A stretch of 64,000 nucleotides of DNA from an uncultured Gammaproteobacteria bacterium (GCA_964523905.1 CAZFYQ010000001.1:121739-185738), one strand, 5' to 3'. Shown: positions 18,601 to 28,792, numbered from the stretch's first letter. Notes: generated by a model from the sequence alone, not told the origin. Numbers and translations are program-made.

Positions 18601-21600
18601 ATGAAAATAAAACTACCATATATTAAATTAGGACAAAAAGGCATTGCCGAATGGATTGTGTTATTACTTTTAGCCATAGCTATCCCAGCCACTTTATATC
18701 TAGCCCAAACAACTCAGATTTTCAGACCAAAGGCGATTGGTTTAGATACTTCAGGTAGGGCTCCTACAGCTTCTTTCCAACCCCCTACTCCGTCTGGTGG
18801 TTCTAATATTGAAGCAGGCGTGCCAGTAACTTTACATGCTCATGCAGCGATAGGTTCATCATTTCAGTACCCACTTAATAATATATACCTTACTTTACTT
18901 CCTATTGGAGCAAATCCTTCGGATCCTAGTCAGTGGCAAACCATTGGTCAGTTTGGTTGTGGCGGTCAAACATCTTGTGATGCTAATTTTACTATTACGC
19001 CGGGTAATAATTTTATTGGACAGAGTTATGAATTAGCCTTGGTAGTTGATACTCGTGATCAACCCCCGGATCCGAATGGTGTTACTCATTTTAGCTGTTC
19101 TGGTAATAACGAAGATAATGCAATTAGACCATATCAGCAAGGTGACACCATAGTATGGTTTGCTTGTGGTGGTGGTAGTAATGTGGTATACAACATAGTT
19201 CCTCCAGGCGGCGGTGGACAACAGTGTCCTAATCCAGCTGGTTGTTATGCACCAATTGCCGGTTGTGCTCCGGCTACAGGATGTGCTGCTCCGACTACCC
19301 CACCTGCTCCAACTACTCCTCCGGCTGGTGGAACGTTTTTTTACTGTAATGCCTCACAACAATGTACTTCTACTAATAATACTAATGATTGTCCTTTGGT
19401 TGGTACATCCCATTTCTGTTACGCAACTAGCTCCTGTGGCAGTGGCTGTGCTGCTCCTACCAGTGCTACTGGTCAGTTTTATACCTGTCAAGGTACTCCA
19501 GGATCAGGACAATGTATTGGTCCGGTTGATAGTTGTCCTGCTGGTCAGAGTTGCTATAGTCTGGGTAATCACGCTAGTTGTATTAGTTATTGTGAAGGTA
19601 GTACTCCTAGCGCTCCTGCTGCACCTACTTTGTCTGGAACTGCTGGATGTGGAGTTGATCACCTTTCCTGGACAGCACCAACTGGGGCAGCAACTTACCT
19701 TCTGGGAAGTATAAATGACGGTAGGCATATTACACTTAGTGGAAATAGTTTTGATGATACTACTGCTGGTGGACTTGTTGATGGCACTACCTATCAATAT
19801 CAAGTGGTTGCATATAATAGTAGTGGTACTCCTAGCCCGTTATCAAATACAGTTACACTTACTCCTCAATGTGGTACAACACCAACTAACACACCTATCC
19901 CAACCAATACGCCGGTTCCTACTACGCCTCCAAACCAGCCGACCAACACTCCAATTCCTACTAACACACCTATCCCAACCAATACGCCGGTTCCTACTAG
20001 TGGTCCTGGCCAAGTTCATGCGACTTGTTCTGGAGGTCCAAGTTCAGTTTCAGTTGGTCAAACTGTGACCTGGATAGCTTCTGCTTCAGGAGGCAGTGGC
20101 AATTATACCTATACTTGGGTATTACCAGGTGAAAATTCAACTCTACCGCAAACGCAATCTTTTAGTTGGATTTATTCGACAAGTGGGATTAAAAGTGCCC
20201 AAGTAATTGTAGTAGATAATGCAACAAATGGATTTACTACTGGTTTTGTAAATTGTTCCAACTCAATATCTGTTACTGGTGGAAGTGGGCCAGTTGCTAC
20301 AAACACCCCTGCTCCCACTGTAGCAGCTACTAATACTCCAACCCCTACTACTGGAGTAACGGGTTGTTCAAGCTTAACTCTTAATGGTAGTACTAGCTTG
20401 CCTGTTTCTTCTGCGGGCACTAGTGTTAATATCGGTATTGCTTTTTCTCCTAAAAATGCCAGTGTTGATTTCTTTAATCCTTCTGGCCCATCTTTACTGC
20501 CTGGTCAACCAACAGTAGTTAACAATGATCCAAATGATCCAACAGCCGGGCGTCGTTGGACACTGACAGTTCCTTCAAATAGTACAACTTCTCCAATCAC
20601 CTATACTCTAAATGCCAATATTAATGGTACTTTCTCTTGTACCCCGGTGACTATTCAGGTGGCTGCAGCTGCTCCTAATACTGCTTGTCCAGCTAGTATT
20701 ACCTCTACTCAAGTTAAATTTAGAGCTGGAAATAACACTGGCACATGGGTAGCAACTAAGACTGTCAGCATTGGAGATAGTGTTAGTGTGGCTGGTTTCC
20801 ACAACAATACCACTGATGTTCCTGCCTCAGATACCTCTATAACCATCTCTGGTCCAAATGGTTTTTCTAATACTATAAGTGGAGGTGGCGCAGTGTTTTC
20901 TCCCACCAGTGATGTTGGTCCCGGAATATATACCTTTAACGCTACCACTACTGGTTTACAAGGTGCTGCTTGTACTGGCACAGGTATTTTATCCGTCAAT
21001 CCTGTTCCAACAGCAGTTCCAACTGCAACTCCGGTGCCTACTGCAACCACAATTCCTACTGCAACTCCGGTTATACTGGCTCCGACCACTACTTTTGTTA
21101 GAATTGCCGAATCCCCAACCGGTGTAGATGATGTCACTCAATATATTCGGGTACCATATACCAATGAAGCCCTTAATGTGCCTTATACTTTCAAAGATAT
21201 TACTCCCGGAGTACACCAGATTTACGTTAAGTTTGAAGGTACTGGAACACACATCGGTGAAACTACCTTGTCTACTCTGCAAGGACCATATAACATCACT
21301 ATTGTTAATCCAGACCCCACCTTTGATGTGCCAGGTGGAGGTATTTCCTGTGACATTGGAGTTGATGGTAATGTCAACTTTATCCTAACTGGTAAATACT
21401 TTGCCGCTGCTCAGGGTAAGGGCACAGTCAAAGATGGTCAATTCCCGCTCAAGATTTCTACCTGGGCAGATGGATCTGTCACCGGTACTTTGGAGCAAAA
21501 TGGAGCAACAACTGGTCAGGACTTCCCGATTATTCTAACTCGTGATGATGGCGCAGCCACTATTCCCACTGTTTGTTCAGTGGCAACTTCTGCCCTGCAA

Positions 21601-22164
21601 CTTAATCCTAACTTCTTCTGTCATCAGACTTTAACTCAAACACTGTCTAATGTCACTTTGACCGTGGCAGAGGGTAAAAATGGTGGTAATAAAGCTGATC
21701 AGACAGTGACCATTGGTACTAATGGCTTGATATCCGGTTTAACCACTAAACTTCAGCAAGGTAAACCTTACCGAATTAGTATTAAGGCCCCTGGTACTTT
21801 GCGACACACTCAAGAATTTATTGCCAATAAAGGTACTACTAACTTGGGGGCATTCAATCTGCCAGTGGGAGACATTTTCCCGGTTAACGCTGGTGGAGAT
21901 GGAAAAATTAACAGTGGTGATTATGCTGAGTTAATCAGAGAATGGTCCTTAAATGCCATTACCGGTCAACGTAATGGTGATTTAAACCTTGATGGTCGGG
22001 TTAATTCAGTTGACTGGGCTTGCATGAGAATCTACTTTAATAGCAGTGATGATCCTGCAGCAGAAGCCGGTCCATTAACTACCATTAATGTTTCCCCAAC
22101 TCCTGCCGCTACTACGCCCTCTCCTACCCAGACTGTCTCAACTACACCCACACCAACGCCTTAG
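18601..22164 (+). CDS. Large surface protein: Cys-rich repeats, FN3, PKD/Ig-like domains, PT linkers, C-terminal dockerin
   Basis: FN3 LSWTAPTGAATY...DGTTYQYQVVAYN; PKD-like ASGGSGNYTYTW; paired Ca-binding repeats GDGKINSGDY and GDLNLDGRVNSVDW. Confidence 0.85.
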   Translation: MKIKLPYIKLGQKGIAEWIVLLLLAIAIPATLYLAQTTQIFRPKAIGLDTSGRAPTASFQPPTPSGGSNIEAGVPVTLHAHAAIGSSFQYPLNNIYLTLLPIGANPSDPSQWQTIGQFGCGGQTSCDANFTITPGNNFIGQSYELALVVDTRDQPPDPNGVTHFSCSGNNEDNAIRPYQQGDTIVWFACGGGSNVVYNIVPPGGGGQQCPNPAGCYAPIAGCAPATGCAAPTTPPAPTTPPAGGTFFYCNASQQCTSTNNTNDCPLVGTSHFCYATSSCGSGCAAPTSATGQFYTCQGTPGSGQCIGPVDSCPAGQSCYSLGNHASCISYCEGSTPSAPAAPTLSGTAGCGVDHLSWTAPTGAATYLLGSINDGRHITLSGNSFDDTTAGGLVDGTTYQYQVVAYNSSGTPSPLSNTVTLTPQCGTTPTNTPIPTNTPVPTTPPNQPTNTPIPTNTPIPTNTPVPTSGPGQVHATCSGGPSSVSVGQTVTWIASASGGSGNYTYTWVLPGENSTLPQTQSFSWIYSTSGIKSAQVIVVDNATNGFTTGFVNCSNSISVTGGSGPVATNTPAPTVAATNTPTPTTGVTGCSSLTLNGSTSLPVSSAGTSVNIGIAFSPKNASVDFFNPSGPSLLPGQPTVVNNDPNDPTAGRRWTLTVPSNSTTSPITYTLNANINGTFSCTPVTIQVAAAAPNTACPASITSTQVKFRAGNNTGTWVATKTVSIGDSVSVAGFHNNTTDVPASDTSITISGPNGFSNTISGGGAVFSPTSDVGPGIYTFNATTTGLQGAACTGTGILSVNPVPTAVPTATPVPTATTIPTATPVILAPTTTFVRIAESPTGVDDVTQYIRVPYTNEALNVPYTFKDITPGVHQIYVKFEGTGTHIGETTLSTLQGPYNITIVNPDPTFDVPGGGISCDIGVDGNVNFILTGKYFAAAQGKGTVKDGQFPLKISTWADGSVTGTLEQNGATTGQDFPIILTRDDGAATIPTVCSVATSALQLNPNFFCHQTLTQTLSNVTLTVAEGKNGGNKADQTVTIGTNGLISGLTTKLQQGKPYRISIKAPGTLRHTQEFIANKGTTNLGAFNLPVGDIFPVNAGGDGKINSGDYAELIREWSLNAITGQRNGDLNLDGRVNSVDWACMRIYFNSSDDPAAEAGPLTTINVSPTPAATTPSPTQTVSTTPTPTP
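19885..19999 (+). repeat. Exact 40-bp direct repeat in Pro/Thr linker
   Basis: ACTAACACACCTATCCCAACCAATACGCCGGTTCCTACTA at 19885-19924 and 19960-19999. Confidence 0.9.
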
Positions 22165-22212
22165 TAGTGGAGACTTTACTAATTAGTTAAGAGATATTAT
22201 GCTAAATAAACT

Positions 22213-22791
22213 ATGACAGATAACAATAAAGGTAAATTAAACGTTAAAATAATTTTTATTATACTAGGAGTAATCTTAGTAATTGAACTGATCCTAGGAA
22301 TCCGCTCAATAATGACGAATCAATCTACTGGCTCTTCACAGTCAGTAGTTAGAAAAGTACCCTTAAAAGGGACGATTACACTTACTGCAGATAAAACTGA
22401 GGTAAATGTTGGTGATAAAGTTACGCTTACCATAATAGTCACCTCCCCTGTAGCAGTTGATGGCGTAGATTTGGTAGCTAAATATGACCCGAAGATTTTA
22501 TCAGCTAGTGATAACAGTATTCATACTGGTACAATTTTTCCACAATATCCACTTAGTAAAATAGACTCTGCCGGTTTCCTTAGAATTTCCGGAATTTCTA
22601 ATCCTAACACGGCTAGATTTGCTGGGAAAGGAGTCTTTGCAACAGTTGATTTTAAAGCTGTAAAATCAGGTAAAGCGGAAATATCAGTAGTGTTTACCCA
22701 AGGCTCAACAACTGATTCAAATATTATCGGTGCTGCCAATGAGAAACCATTGCTGGAGGAGGCAGGAAAACTGGAGGTTACGGTTAAGTGA
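22213..22791 (+). CDS. Cohesin-domain protein with N-terminal membrane anchor
   Basis: VGDKVTLTI...DGVDLVAKYDPKIL...GKGVFATVDFKAVKSG.AEI pattern of cohesin beta-sandwich. Confidence 0.8.
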   Translation: MTDNNKGKLNVKIIFIILGVILVIELILGIRSIMTNQSTGSSQSVVRKVPLKGTITLTADKTEVNVGDKVTLTIIVTSPVAVDGVDLVAKYDPKILSASDNSIHTGTIFPQYPLSKIDSAGFLRISGISNPNTARFAGKGVFATVDFKAVKSGKAEISVVFTQGSTTDSNIIGAANEKPLLEEAGKLEVTVK

Positions 22792-23552
22792 AGTTTTTTA
22801 AAAAAACTATCCTTGCAATTGTCACATCAATTGTAATGATAATATCTCCCTCAGCTGTATTTGCTTCCACACTGGCTCTTTCGCCTTCAACAGGTACATT
22901 TAATCAATCCTGTGCTTTTTCGGTTGTGATTAATCTTGATACTCAAAGTGCTCAGACTGACGGCACTGATGTGGTATTATTTTACGATCCTACCCGTTTT
23001 AATGCCACCTCAATTTTAAATGGTACTATTTATAATGATTATCCTAACTCCAATATAGACTCTGTTAACGGAAAAATCCAAATCTCCGGTATTGCTTCTT
23101 CCTCCTCTCCTTTTAACGGCAAGGGAATTTTCGCCACAGTTAACTTCTCTGTTTTACCGGCTGCTCCAACTGGCGCCACAGCCATGACATTTGATTTTGA
23201 TCCTAATGATAAGGCCAAAACCACTGATTCAAATGTGATTGAACACGCTACTTTAGCTGATACCTTAGCTAATGTGGTTAATGGTAGTTATGTGGTGGGA
23301 AGTACCGGATCTTGCGCAGCCGTTACTCCCACGATCACAATTAAACCAACTGGTGCCCCTCCGGTGGTTTATTTACCACAAGGACAAGTTTCAACCGGTA
23401 CTCCCTCAGCTTCTCCTGCTAGAACTACTCTTGATCAATTTGTTGATAAAAATGGTAAAGGCCCGGGAATCTCCTCTGAAGCTACTTTTACCTTAGCAAT
23501 AGTAGGTTCAGTTTTAACTGTCCTGGGGGTAGTAGGTTTGGCAGTTTTGTAG
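22788..23552 (+). CDS. Cohesin-domain protein with signal peptide and C-terminal membrane anchor
   Basis: Signal peptide ending AVFA; DGTDVVLFYDP...GKGIFATVNF; P/T linker; PG + hydrophobic C-terminus. Confidence 0.8.
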   Translation: MKFFKKTILAIVTSIVMIISPSAVFASTLALSPSTGTFNQSCAFSVVINLDTQSAQTDGTDVVLFYDPTRFNATSILNGTIYNDYPNSNIDSVNGKIQISGIASSSSPFNGKGIFATVNFSVLPAAPTGATAMTFDFDPNDKAKTTDSNVIEHATLADTLANVVNGSYVVGSTGSCAAVTPTITIKPTGAPPVVYLPQGQVSTGTPSASPARTTLDQFVDKNGKGPGISSEATFTLAIVGSVLTVLGVVGLAVL

Positions 23553-23555
23553 AGT

Positions 23556-24248
23556 ATGAGTTTGTCGGCCTTAATTGCAGATTTCCTGGAAAATTTAGAA
23601 GTATCCAACACTTCGCAATTTACTATTCGTGATTATGATCATTATTTAAAAAGATTCATGGAATTTACAGGAGATATTCCCTTAACTGATATTAACCTGG
23701 CTTTAATAAACAAATACAAACAGCATCTATCTCAACTTGAACTTAAAAAAATCACTCAAAATTATTATTTAATTGCCATTAGGGCACTTCTTCGCTACCT
23801 AACAGAGCAAAATATCCAAACTCTTCCTTCAGATTCGGTGGAACTGATAAAACAAGAGCGCAGTGAGACCAAAGAATTAGATGAGGATCAGTTAAAGATG
23901 CTTCTGGAAAGCCCGGTGGTAAGCCTTAAAGCCGGCGCCAGGGATAAAGCGATCTTAGAGACTCTGTTGTCCACTGGATATAAAGTATCTAAACTGGTGG
24001 CTTTAAATCGGGGGGAAGTTAGATCAAACTGGGTTGATCAGTATTTGTCCCAAAGACAAGACAGCTTTAAACCATTATTCATCAGATTTCAGGGAAGAAA
24101 AGATACTACCCTGGATGGAGAATCAATGAGGTTAACCCCCCGCTCCATCCAAAGGATAGTAGAAAAATACGTTAAAATAACCGGACTGGCAGTTAAGGCA
24201 ACGCCACAGACTATTCGAGCAGCTGCTCAGAAAAAATCTCCAGTTTAG
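23556..24248 (+). CDS. Shortened tyrosine recombinase-like protein lacking catalytic residues
   Basis: SAM-like N domain and RDKAILETL..TG retained, but TGYKVSKL (Arg lost), TPQTIR (His lost), no GH or Tyr; ORF uninterrupted. Confidence 0.8.
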   Translation: MSLSALIADFLENLEVSNTSQFTIRDYDHYLKRFMEFTGDIPLTDINLALINKYKQHLSQLELKKITQNYYLIAIRALLRYLTEQNIQTLPSDSVELIKQERSETKELDEDQLKMLLESPVVSLKAGARDKAILETLLSTGYKVSKLVALNRGEVRSNWVDQYLSQRQDSFKPLFIRFQGRKDTTLDGESMRLTPRSIQRIVEKYVKITGLAVKATPQTIRAAAQKKSPV

Positions 24249-24249
24249 A

Positions 24250-24609
24250 TTATTTTTTGCCTAATTTACCTAAGTCTTTTAACAAAGCGTTTAAGATTGT
24301 AGCAACAATTGATAAGACAATTGCTCCTAAAATGGCGGCGATCCAACCATTAATCATTAAACCAGGAACAAAATAAGACACGATAAATAAGACCACTGCA
24401 TCAACCACAAAAGTAAACAGACCTAAAGTCAAAATAGTCAAAGGTGCTGTTACAAAAGATAATGCCGGTTTGATGAAAGTATTGACTACTCCCAAAACAA
24501 TGGCAGCGAGAATTGCAGTAGTGTAATTATCCACTTTAAAGCCTGGTACAACATAAGCAGTTGCCAGCAAGGCTAAAGCATTTAAAACTAAAGCTAGAAG
24601 AATTTGCAT
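24250..24609 (-). CDS. 4-TM phage holin family (YvlD/DUF360-like) membrane protein
   Basis: VLGVVNTFIKP.L...T.PL.ILTLGLF signature; strong SD. Confidence 0.88.
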   Translation of the reverse strand: MQILLALVLNALALLATAYVVPGFKVDNYTTAILAAIVLGVVNTFIKPALSFVTAPLTILTLGLFTFVVDAVVLFIVSYFVPGLMINGWIAAILGAIVLSIVATILNALLKDLGKLGKK

Positions 24610-24658
24610 TTAATTCACCCCCTTTCTGTATATATTAATAGTCTAATAAAACACAGTG

Positions 24659-24701
24659 TCTGTCAAGCATATTTGACAGATAGCCTCATTTTTAGTACTA
24701 T
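24659..24701. promoter_or_regulatory. Back-to-back divergent promoters
   Basis: TCTGTCAA-6 nt-TTGACAGA palindrome gives a TTGACA on each strand; plus strand TTGACA-17 bp-TACTAT. Confidence 0.6.
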
Positions 24702-24713
24702 AGTCCCAAAGTT

Positions 24714-25733
24714 ATGGCTAGAATAGATTTATCAATCCCCTCTTTGGGAAACAAGTTTGTTGATATTAGGGATACCATCCCTGGAGATTCCTTTAATTGG
24801 AGTTGGGTAAGGCCGTTGTTTCAGGTCAAATACCTGGCTATTCATCACAGCGCCTCACCAGATAATCAAACACCGGTCGAAATAGCTAACTATCATATTA
24901 ATAACAATGGTTGGGGTGGTATTGGTTACCATTTTGTAATTGCTAAAGATGGAACAGTTTATTATGTTGGTGATATCTCAACAGCCAGGGCTAATGTGGC
25001 CAATTTAAATGAGCAAGTGATCGGCATTTGTCTGGTTGGTAATTTTACCTCTGGTCAAGTTCCCTCTCAAGAACAGTTAGATTCAGCGCATCAGTTATGT
25101 GATTTTTTTATCAATCATTTTTCTGATTTGTCTAATGTCAGTTCCTGGGACGCGGTCAAAGGTCACAAAGAACTACCAGGTCAAGCTACCACTTGTCCTG
25201 GTGACAACTGGCCGGCTTGGAAAATGCAGATTGTGGATAATGGTCCGGTTGACGTTTCGAATCCGCCTATTAATCAACCAACTGAAGACCGCGGCGCGCA
25301 AATTAGCAATCTTTACCGTGAAGTTTTAGGGAGAGATCCGGACATGGGTGGATTGCAAACATATACCAATAGTCCAATGACCATTGATGAGATTATGCTG
25401 GCAATGGTCACCTCAGAAGAACATCAAGCTTTGATTCGTCAGTCTCAGCAAGCCAATTCATTACAAGATCAAGTCAATAACTTGCAAGCTTCACTATCCT
25501 CTGTTAATCAGCAGATCATGAATTTGCAACAAACTATTCAGGAAAAAGATCAGCAAATCAGCGATTTGCAAAACCAGTTACAAAATGTTGCAACTACCCC
25601 TACTGCGCAACCAACCTCCACCCCTGTTCCCGTGCCTGCTCCTAGTGAAAATGTGGACACTACTTTGACTATTATCGGAGCCTTGATTAATCTGTATAAG
25701 TTTATTTTTATGCCTGGAAAGGTGACTAATTAA
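24714..25733 (+). CDS. N-acetylmuramoyl-L-alanine amidase (Amidase_2/PGRP) with DUF4214-like helix bundle and coiled coil
   Basis: AIHHSA, GWGGIGYHFVI..DG..Y, IGICLVGNF, KGHKE...T.CPG; LYREVLGRDPD.GG; Gln-rich heptads. Confidence 0.9.
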   Translation: MARIDLSIPSLGNKFVDIRDTIPGDSFNWSWVRPLFQVKYLAIHHSASPDNQTPVEIANYHINNNGWGGIGYHFVIAKDGTVYYVGDISTARANVANLNEQVIGICLVGNFTSGQVPSQEQLDSAHQLCDFFINHFSDLSNVSSWDAVKGHKELPGQATTCPGDNWPAWKMQIVDNGPVDVSNPPINQPTEDRGAQISNLYREVLGRDPDMGGLQTYTNSPMTIDEIMLAMVTSEEHQALIRQSQQANSLQDQVNNLQASLSSVNQQIMNLQQTIQEKDQQISDLQNQLQNVATTPTAQPTSTPVPVPAPSENVDTTLTIIGALINLYKFIFMPGKVTN

Positions 25734-26023
25734 TGGATCACGCCGCTTTACCAGCTTGGACTATTATTTTTGCCTTTACCACACTTAATGAATCTATTAT
25801 TGAATATATGTTTGGTAGCGTAAAAGCTCTACATCCATATCTACCTTTGTTATCTTTAGCAACTGGTATTTTCCTTTGTTTTGCTTATCAAATCAGTTTT
25901 TTTAGCTTAATGGGTATAAATAGTGGTAATCCTGGTTTGGATTTTTTGCTATCCGGGTTTATTATTTCTCGAGGTTCAAACTTCGTTAATGATTTTGCTC
26001 AAAAGATTTTGGGTAGTAAGTAG
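25733..26023 (+). CDS. Small 2-3 TM membrane protein, holin-like
   Basis: Translationally coupled to amidase; LSGFIISRGSNFVND motif resembles small phage membrane proteins. Confidence 0.6.
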   Translation: MDHAALPAWTIIFAFTTLNESIIEYMFGSVKALHPYLPLLSLATGIFLCFAYQISFFSLMGINSGNPGLDFLLSGFIISRGSNFVNDFAQKILGSK

Positions 26024-26024
26024 T

Positions 26025-26234
26025 TTAAATTGGTTTGCCTGCTAATCCAAAAGCCCAAAGGTCTTTCACAAATCCAATTGCCTGAAAAGGCCAGGTTAAA
26101 ATAACTGCATAAAATCCCGGTGATAAAAATGATAAAGGTGACCAACGATAGTAAAGTGCAAATAAAATAGCAAAAACAAAACCAGCCACAAAGTAGATGA
26201 CTGTGATATTAGAGATCAATTTGCTTCTGGACAT
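26025..26234 (-). CDS. Small membrane protein
   Basis: 69 aa, two hydrophobic segments, directly after gyrA. Confidence 0.6.
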   Translation of the reverse strand: MSRSKLISNITVIYFVAGFVFAILFALYYRWSPLSFLSPGFYAVILTWPFQAIGFVKDLWAFGLAGKPI

Positions 26235-26242
26235 GTTATCAA

Positions 26243-28792
26243 TTACTCGGCTTTTTCAGCTGATGAAACAACTGTTGCTGCTGCGACTGTTTCACCAGGG
26301 CGAACTCTCATTAATATTACTCCCTGGGTTTGCCTTTGTAAGGTGGGAACTTGTTTTAGATCCATTTTGATCAGCTGTCCTTTATTAGAGGTTAATACCA
26401 AAGTATCAGTTGATTTATCAATTGCCTGGGCGGTCACAATCAAACCGGTTTTACTGGTCACTTGTGCTGCTTTAACTCCCTGTCCTCCTCTACCCTGCCT
26501 GCTCCAGCCGGAAAACTTAGTTTTTTTGCCCAAACCATTTTCCATGATAATTAATAATTCGTCCTCGTTGTTTTTGATATTATTTAAAGATACTACTTCA
26601 TCGTCACTACCAAGTCTAATGCCTCGAACGCCGGACGTGTCACGATGAGTTGGTTTAACTTGAGTTTCTGAGATACGAATAGATTTACCGGCTTTGGAAA
26701 CAATGATTAAATCATCAGCACCAGAAGTTGGTGCCACCCATCCTAACTCATCACCGCTATCAAGCTTAATAGCCACTAACCCATTTTTACGAATATTGGC
26801 ATATTCGGCGATGGAGGTTTTCTTAACTGTGCCTTTTTTAGTACACATGAAGAAGAATTTGGCGGTCTCATCTTTAAGTCTGGTGGTTAAAACAGCAGTA
26901 ATTTTTTCTCCTTGTTCAACATTGATTAAATTAACCACCGCTTGTCCTTTGGCCACTCTTTGGGTTTCCGGAATTTCCCAGACTTTCACCTGAAATACCC
27001 GGCCTTTATCTGTAAAGAATAGAATATTGTCATGGGTTTGAGTGTAGAAAATATGAGACACTGCATCGGTTTCTTTAGTGGAAATTCCCATCACGCCTTT
27101 TCCACCACGCTGTTGGGTTCTAAACGAATGTGGTGCCTGTCGTTTAATATAACCACCAGCAGTAATGGTAGCAATGGTAGTTTCATTTGGCACTAAATCT
27201 TCTTCAGAAAACTCGCCGATTTTTTGTTTATAAACCCTGGTTCTTCTATCATCACCGTATTTTTCTTTGATTTTTTCCAGCTCATCTTTAATTACTTTTA
27301 AGATTTTTTCCGGATGAGCCAGGAGATCTTCCAAGAAAGCAATAGTTTCTCTAACCATTTTCAGTTCATCTTCGATCTTTTGTCTTTCTAAAGCTGCCAA
27401 TCTTCGAAGTTGCATGTCCAAAATTGCCACTGACTGAATTTCAGTGAGCTTAAATTTGGTCATTAAGTTAGTTTTAGCCTCGTCCGAATCTTTACTTTTT
27501 CTAATGGTAGCAATTACCTCATCAATATTATCAACGGCAATTTTTAGTCCTTCTAAAATATGTTCTCTGGCTTTAGCCTCAGCTAAATCAAATTCAGTCC
27601 GTTTTCTAACAATAGTTTGGCGATGATAAATAAATTCTTCTAAGATTCTTTTTAAGGTCAGTAAATGAGGTACTCCATCAGATAAAGCTACTAAATTAAC
27701 ATTAAACACTGATTGCATGGCAGTATGTTTGTAAAGATTATTTAACAAAGACTGTGGTTTGGCATCCCGTTTTAGATCAAACACAATCCGAACCATCTGT
27801 TTTCTATCAGATTCATCTCTTAAATCAGCAATGCCTTCTAGTTTTTTGTCTTTAACCATATCCGCAATTCGAGCGATCAAAGTAGCTTTATTTACTTGGT
27901 ATGGTAGCTCGGAAACTACAATTTGCATCTTGCCGCTGGGAGTTTCTTCAATTTCTGCTTTGGCGCGCATAATAATTCGACCTTTGCCAGTGGCATAAGC
28001 TGCTAAAATTTCGGTTTGATCATAAATTGAGGCACCGGTTGGAAAATCCGGACCTTTAATAAATTCCAGTAAATCTTCCACATTAGCCTCAGAAGAAAAA
28101 GCTCCTGAAATATTAGTTTCTTCAGTTGGTTCAGTTGCGATCTCACTGGTGGCGGGTTCTTTGGCCTCAGTTTTAGTCACAGGTTTGGCAGGATGCTCAA
28201 TCATATACATTAAAGCATCACAAACCTCACCCAAATTATGAGGAGGAATTTGGGTAGCCATACCAACCGCAATACCAGAAGCTCCATTTAATAATAAATT
28301 AGGAATCACTGAAGGAAGTAATACTGGCTCCTGCACTGTTCCGGAATAGTTATCAATAAAATCAACAGTATTTTTATTAATATCTCTAAGTAGCTCATCA
28401 GCAATGGCTGATAATCTGGCTTCGGTGTACCGCATGGCAGCTGGGGAATCACCGTCAATTGAACCAAAGTTTCCTTGTCCATCTACCAGCATGTATCGCA
28501 TGGAGAAATTTTGGGCCATTCTAACCATGGCTTCATAAATTGGTGCATCGCCATGAGGATGCAGATTCTTCATTACTTCTCCCACCACTGCAGCAGATTT
28601 CTGATAACGTGAAGTGTGGTGTAAGCCTTGTTCATGCATGGCAAAGATAATTCTTCGTTGCACTGGTTTTAATCCATCTCGAACATCAGGTAAAGCACGA
28701 GCTACGATCACTGACATTGCATAGTCTAAGTAGGATTTTTGCATCTCCTCAACAATGGGAGCCAGCTGTATTTTACCGATGTTATCTGCCAT
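26243..28792 (-). CDS. gyrA: DNA gyrase subunit A
   Basis: [36 protein letters not shown], GyrA box QQRGGKG, beta-pinwheel repeats. Confidence 0.98.
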   Translation of the reverse strand: MADNIGKIQLAPIVEEMQKSYLDYAMSVIVARALPDVRDGLKPVQRRIIFAMHEQGLHHTSRYQKSAAVVGEVMKNLHPHGDAPIYEAMVRMAQNFSMRYMLVDGQGNFGSIDGDSPAAMRYTEARLSAIADELLRDINKNTVDFIDNYSGTVQEPVLLPSVIPNLLLNGASGIAVGMATQIPPHNLGEVCDALMYMIEHPAKPVTKTEAKEPATSEIATEPTEETNISGAFSSEANVEDLLEFIKGPDFPTGASIYDQTEILAAYATGKGRIIMRAKAEIEETPSGKMQIVVSELPYQVNKATLIARIADMVKDKKLEGIADLRDESDRKQMVRIVFDLKRDAKPQSLLNNLYKHTAMQSVFNVNLVALSDGVPHLLTLKRILEEFIYHRQTIVRKRTEFDLAEAKAREHILEGLKIAVDNIDEVIATIRKSKDSDEAKTNLMTKFKLTEIQSVAILDMQLRRLAALERQKIEDELKMVRETIAFLEDLLAHPEKILKVIKDELEKIKEKYGDDRRTRVYKQKIGEFSEEDLVPNETTIATITAGGYIKRQAPHSFRTQQRGGKGVMGISTKETDAVSHIFYTQTHDNILFFTDKGRVFQVKVWEIPETQRVAKGQAVVNLINVEQGEKITAVLTTRLKDETAKFFFMCTKKGTVKKTSIAEYANIRKNGLVAIKLDSGDELGWVAPTSGADDLIIVSKAGKSIRISETQVKPTHRDTSGVRGIRLGSDDEVVSLNNIKNNEDELLIIMENGLGKKTKFSGWSRQGRGGQGVKAAQVTSKTGLIVTAQAIDKSTDTLVLTSNKGQLIKMDLKQVPTLQRQTQGVILMRVRPGETVAAATVVSSAEKAE

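Noticed and set aside
19033-21388. Several alternative-frame and antisense ORFs inside the large surface gene
   Set aside because: Shadows of Thr/Pro/Gly codons ending in T; Leu/Val-rich nonsense composition
17281-26023. Prophage (recombinase plus holin plus amidase)
   Set aside because: No capsid, terminase, portal, tail or replication genes; the recombinase is Xer-like
28085-28195. Intein in GyrA
   Set aside because: Insert is short, acidic and lacks Cys/Ser start and His-Asn end motifs
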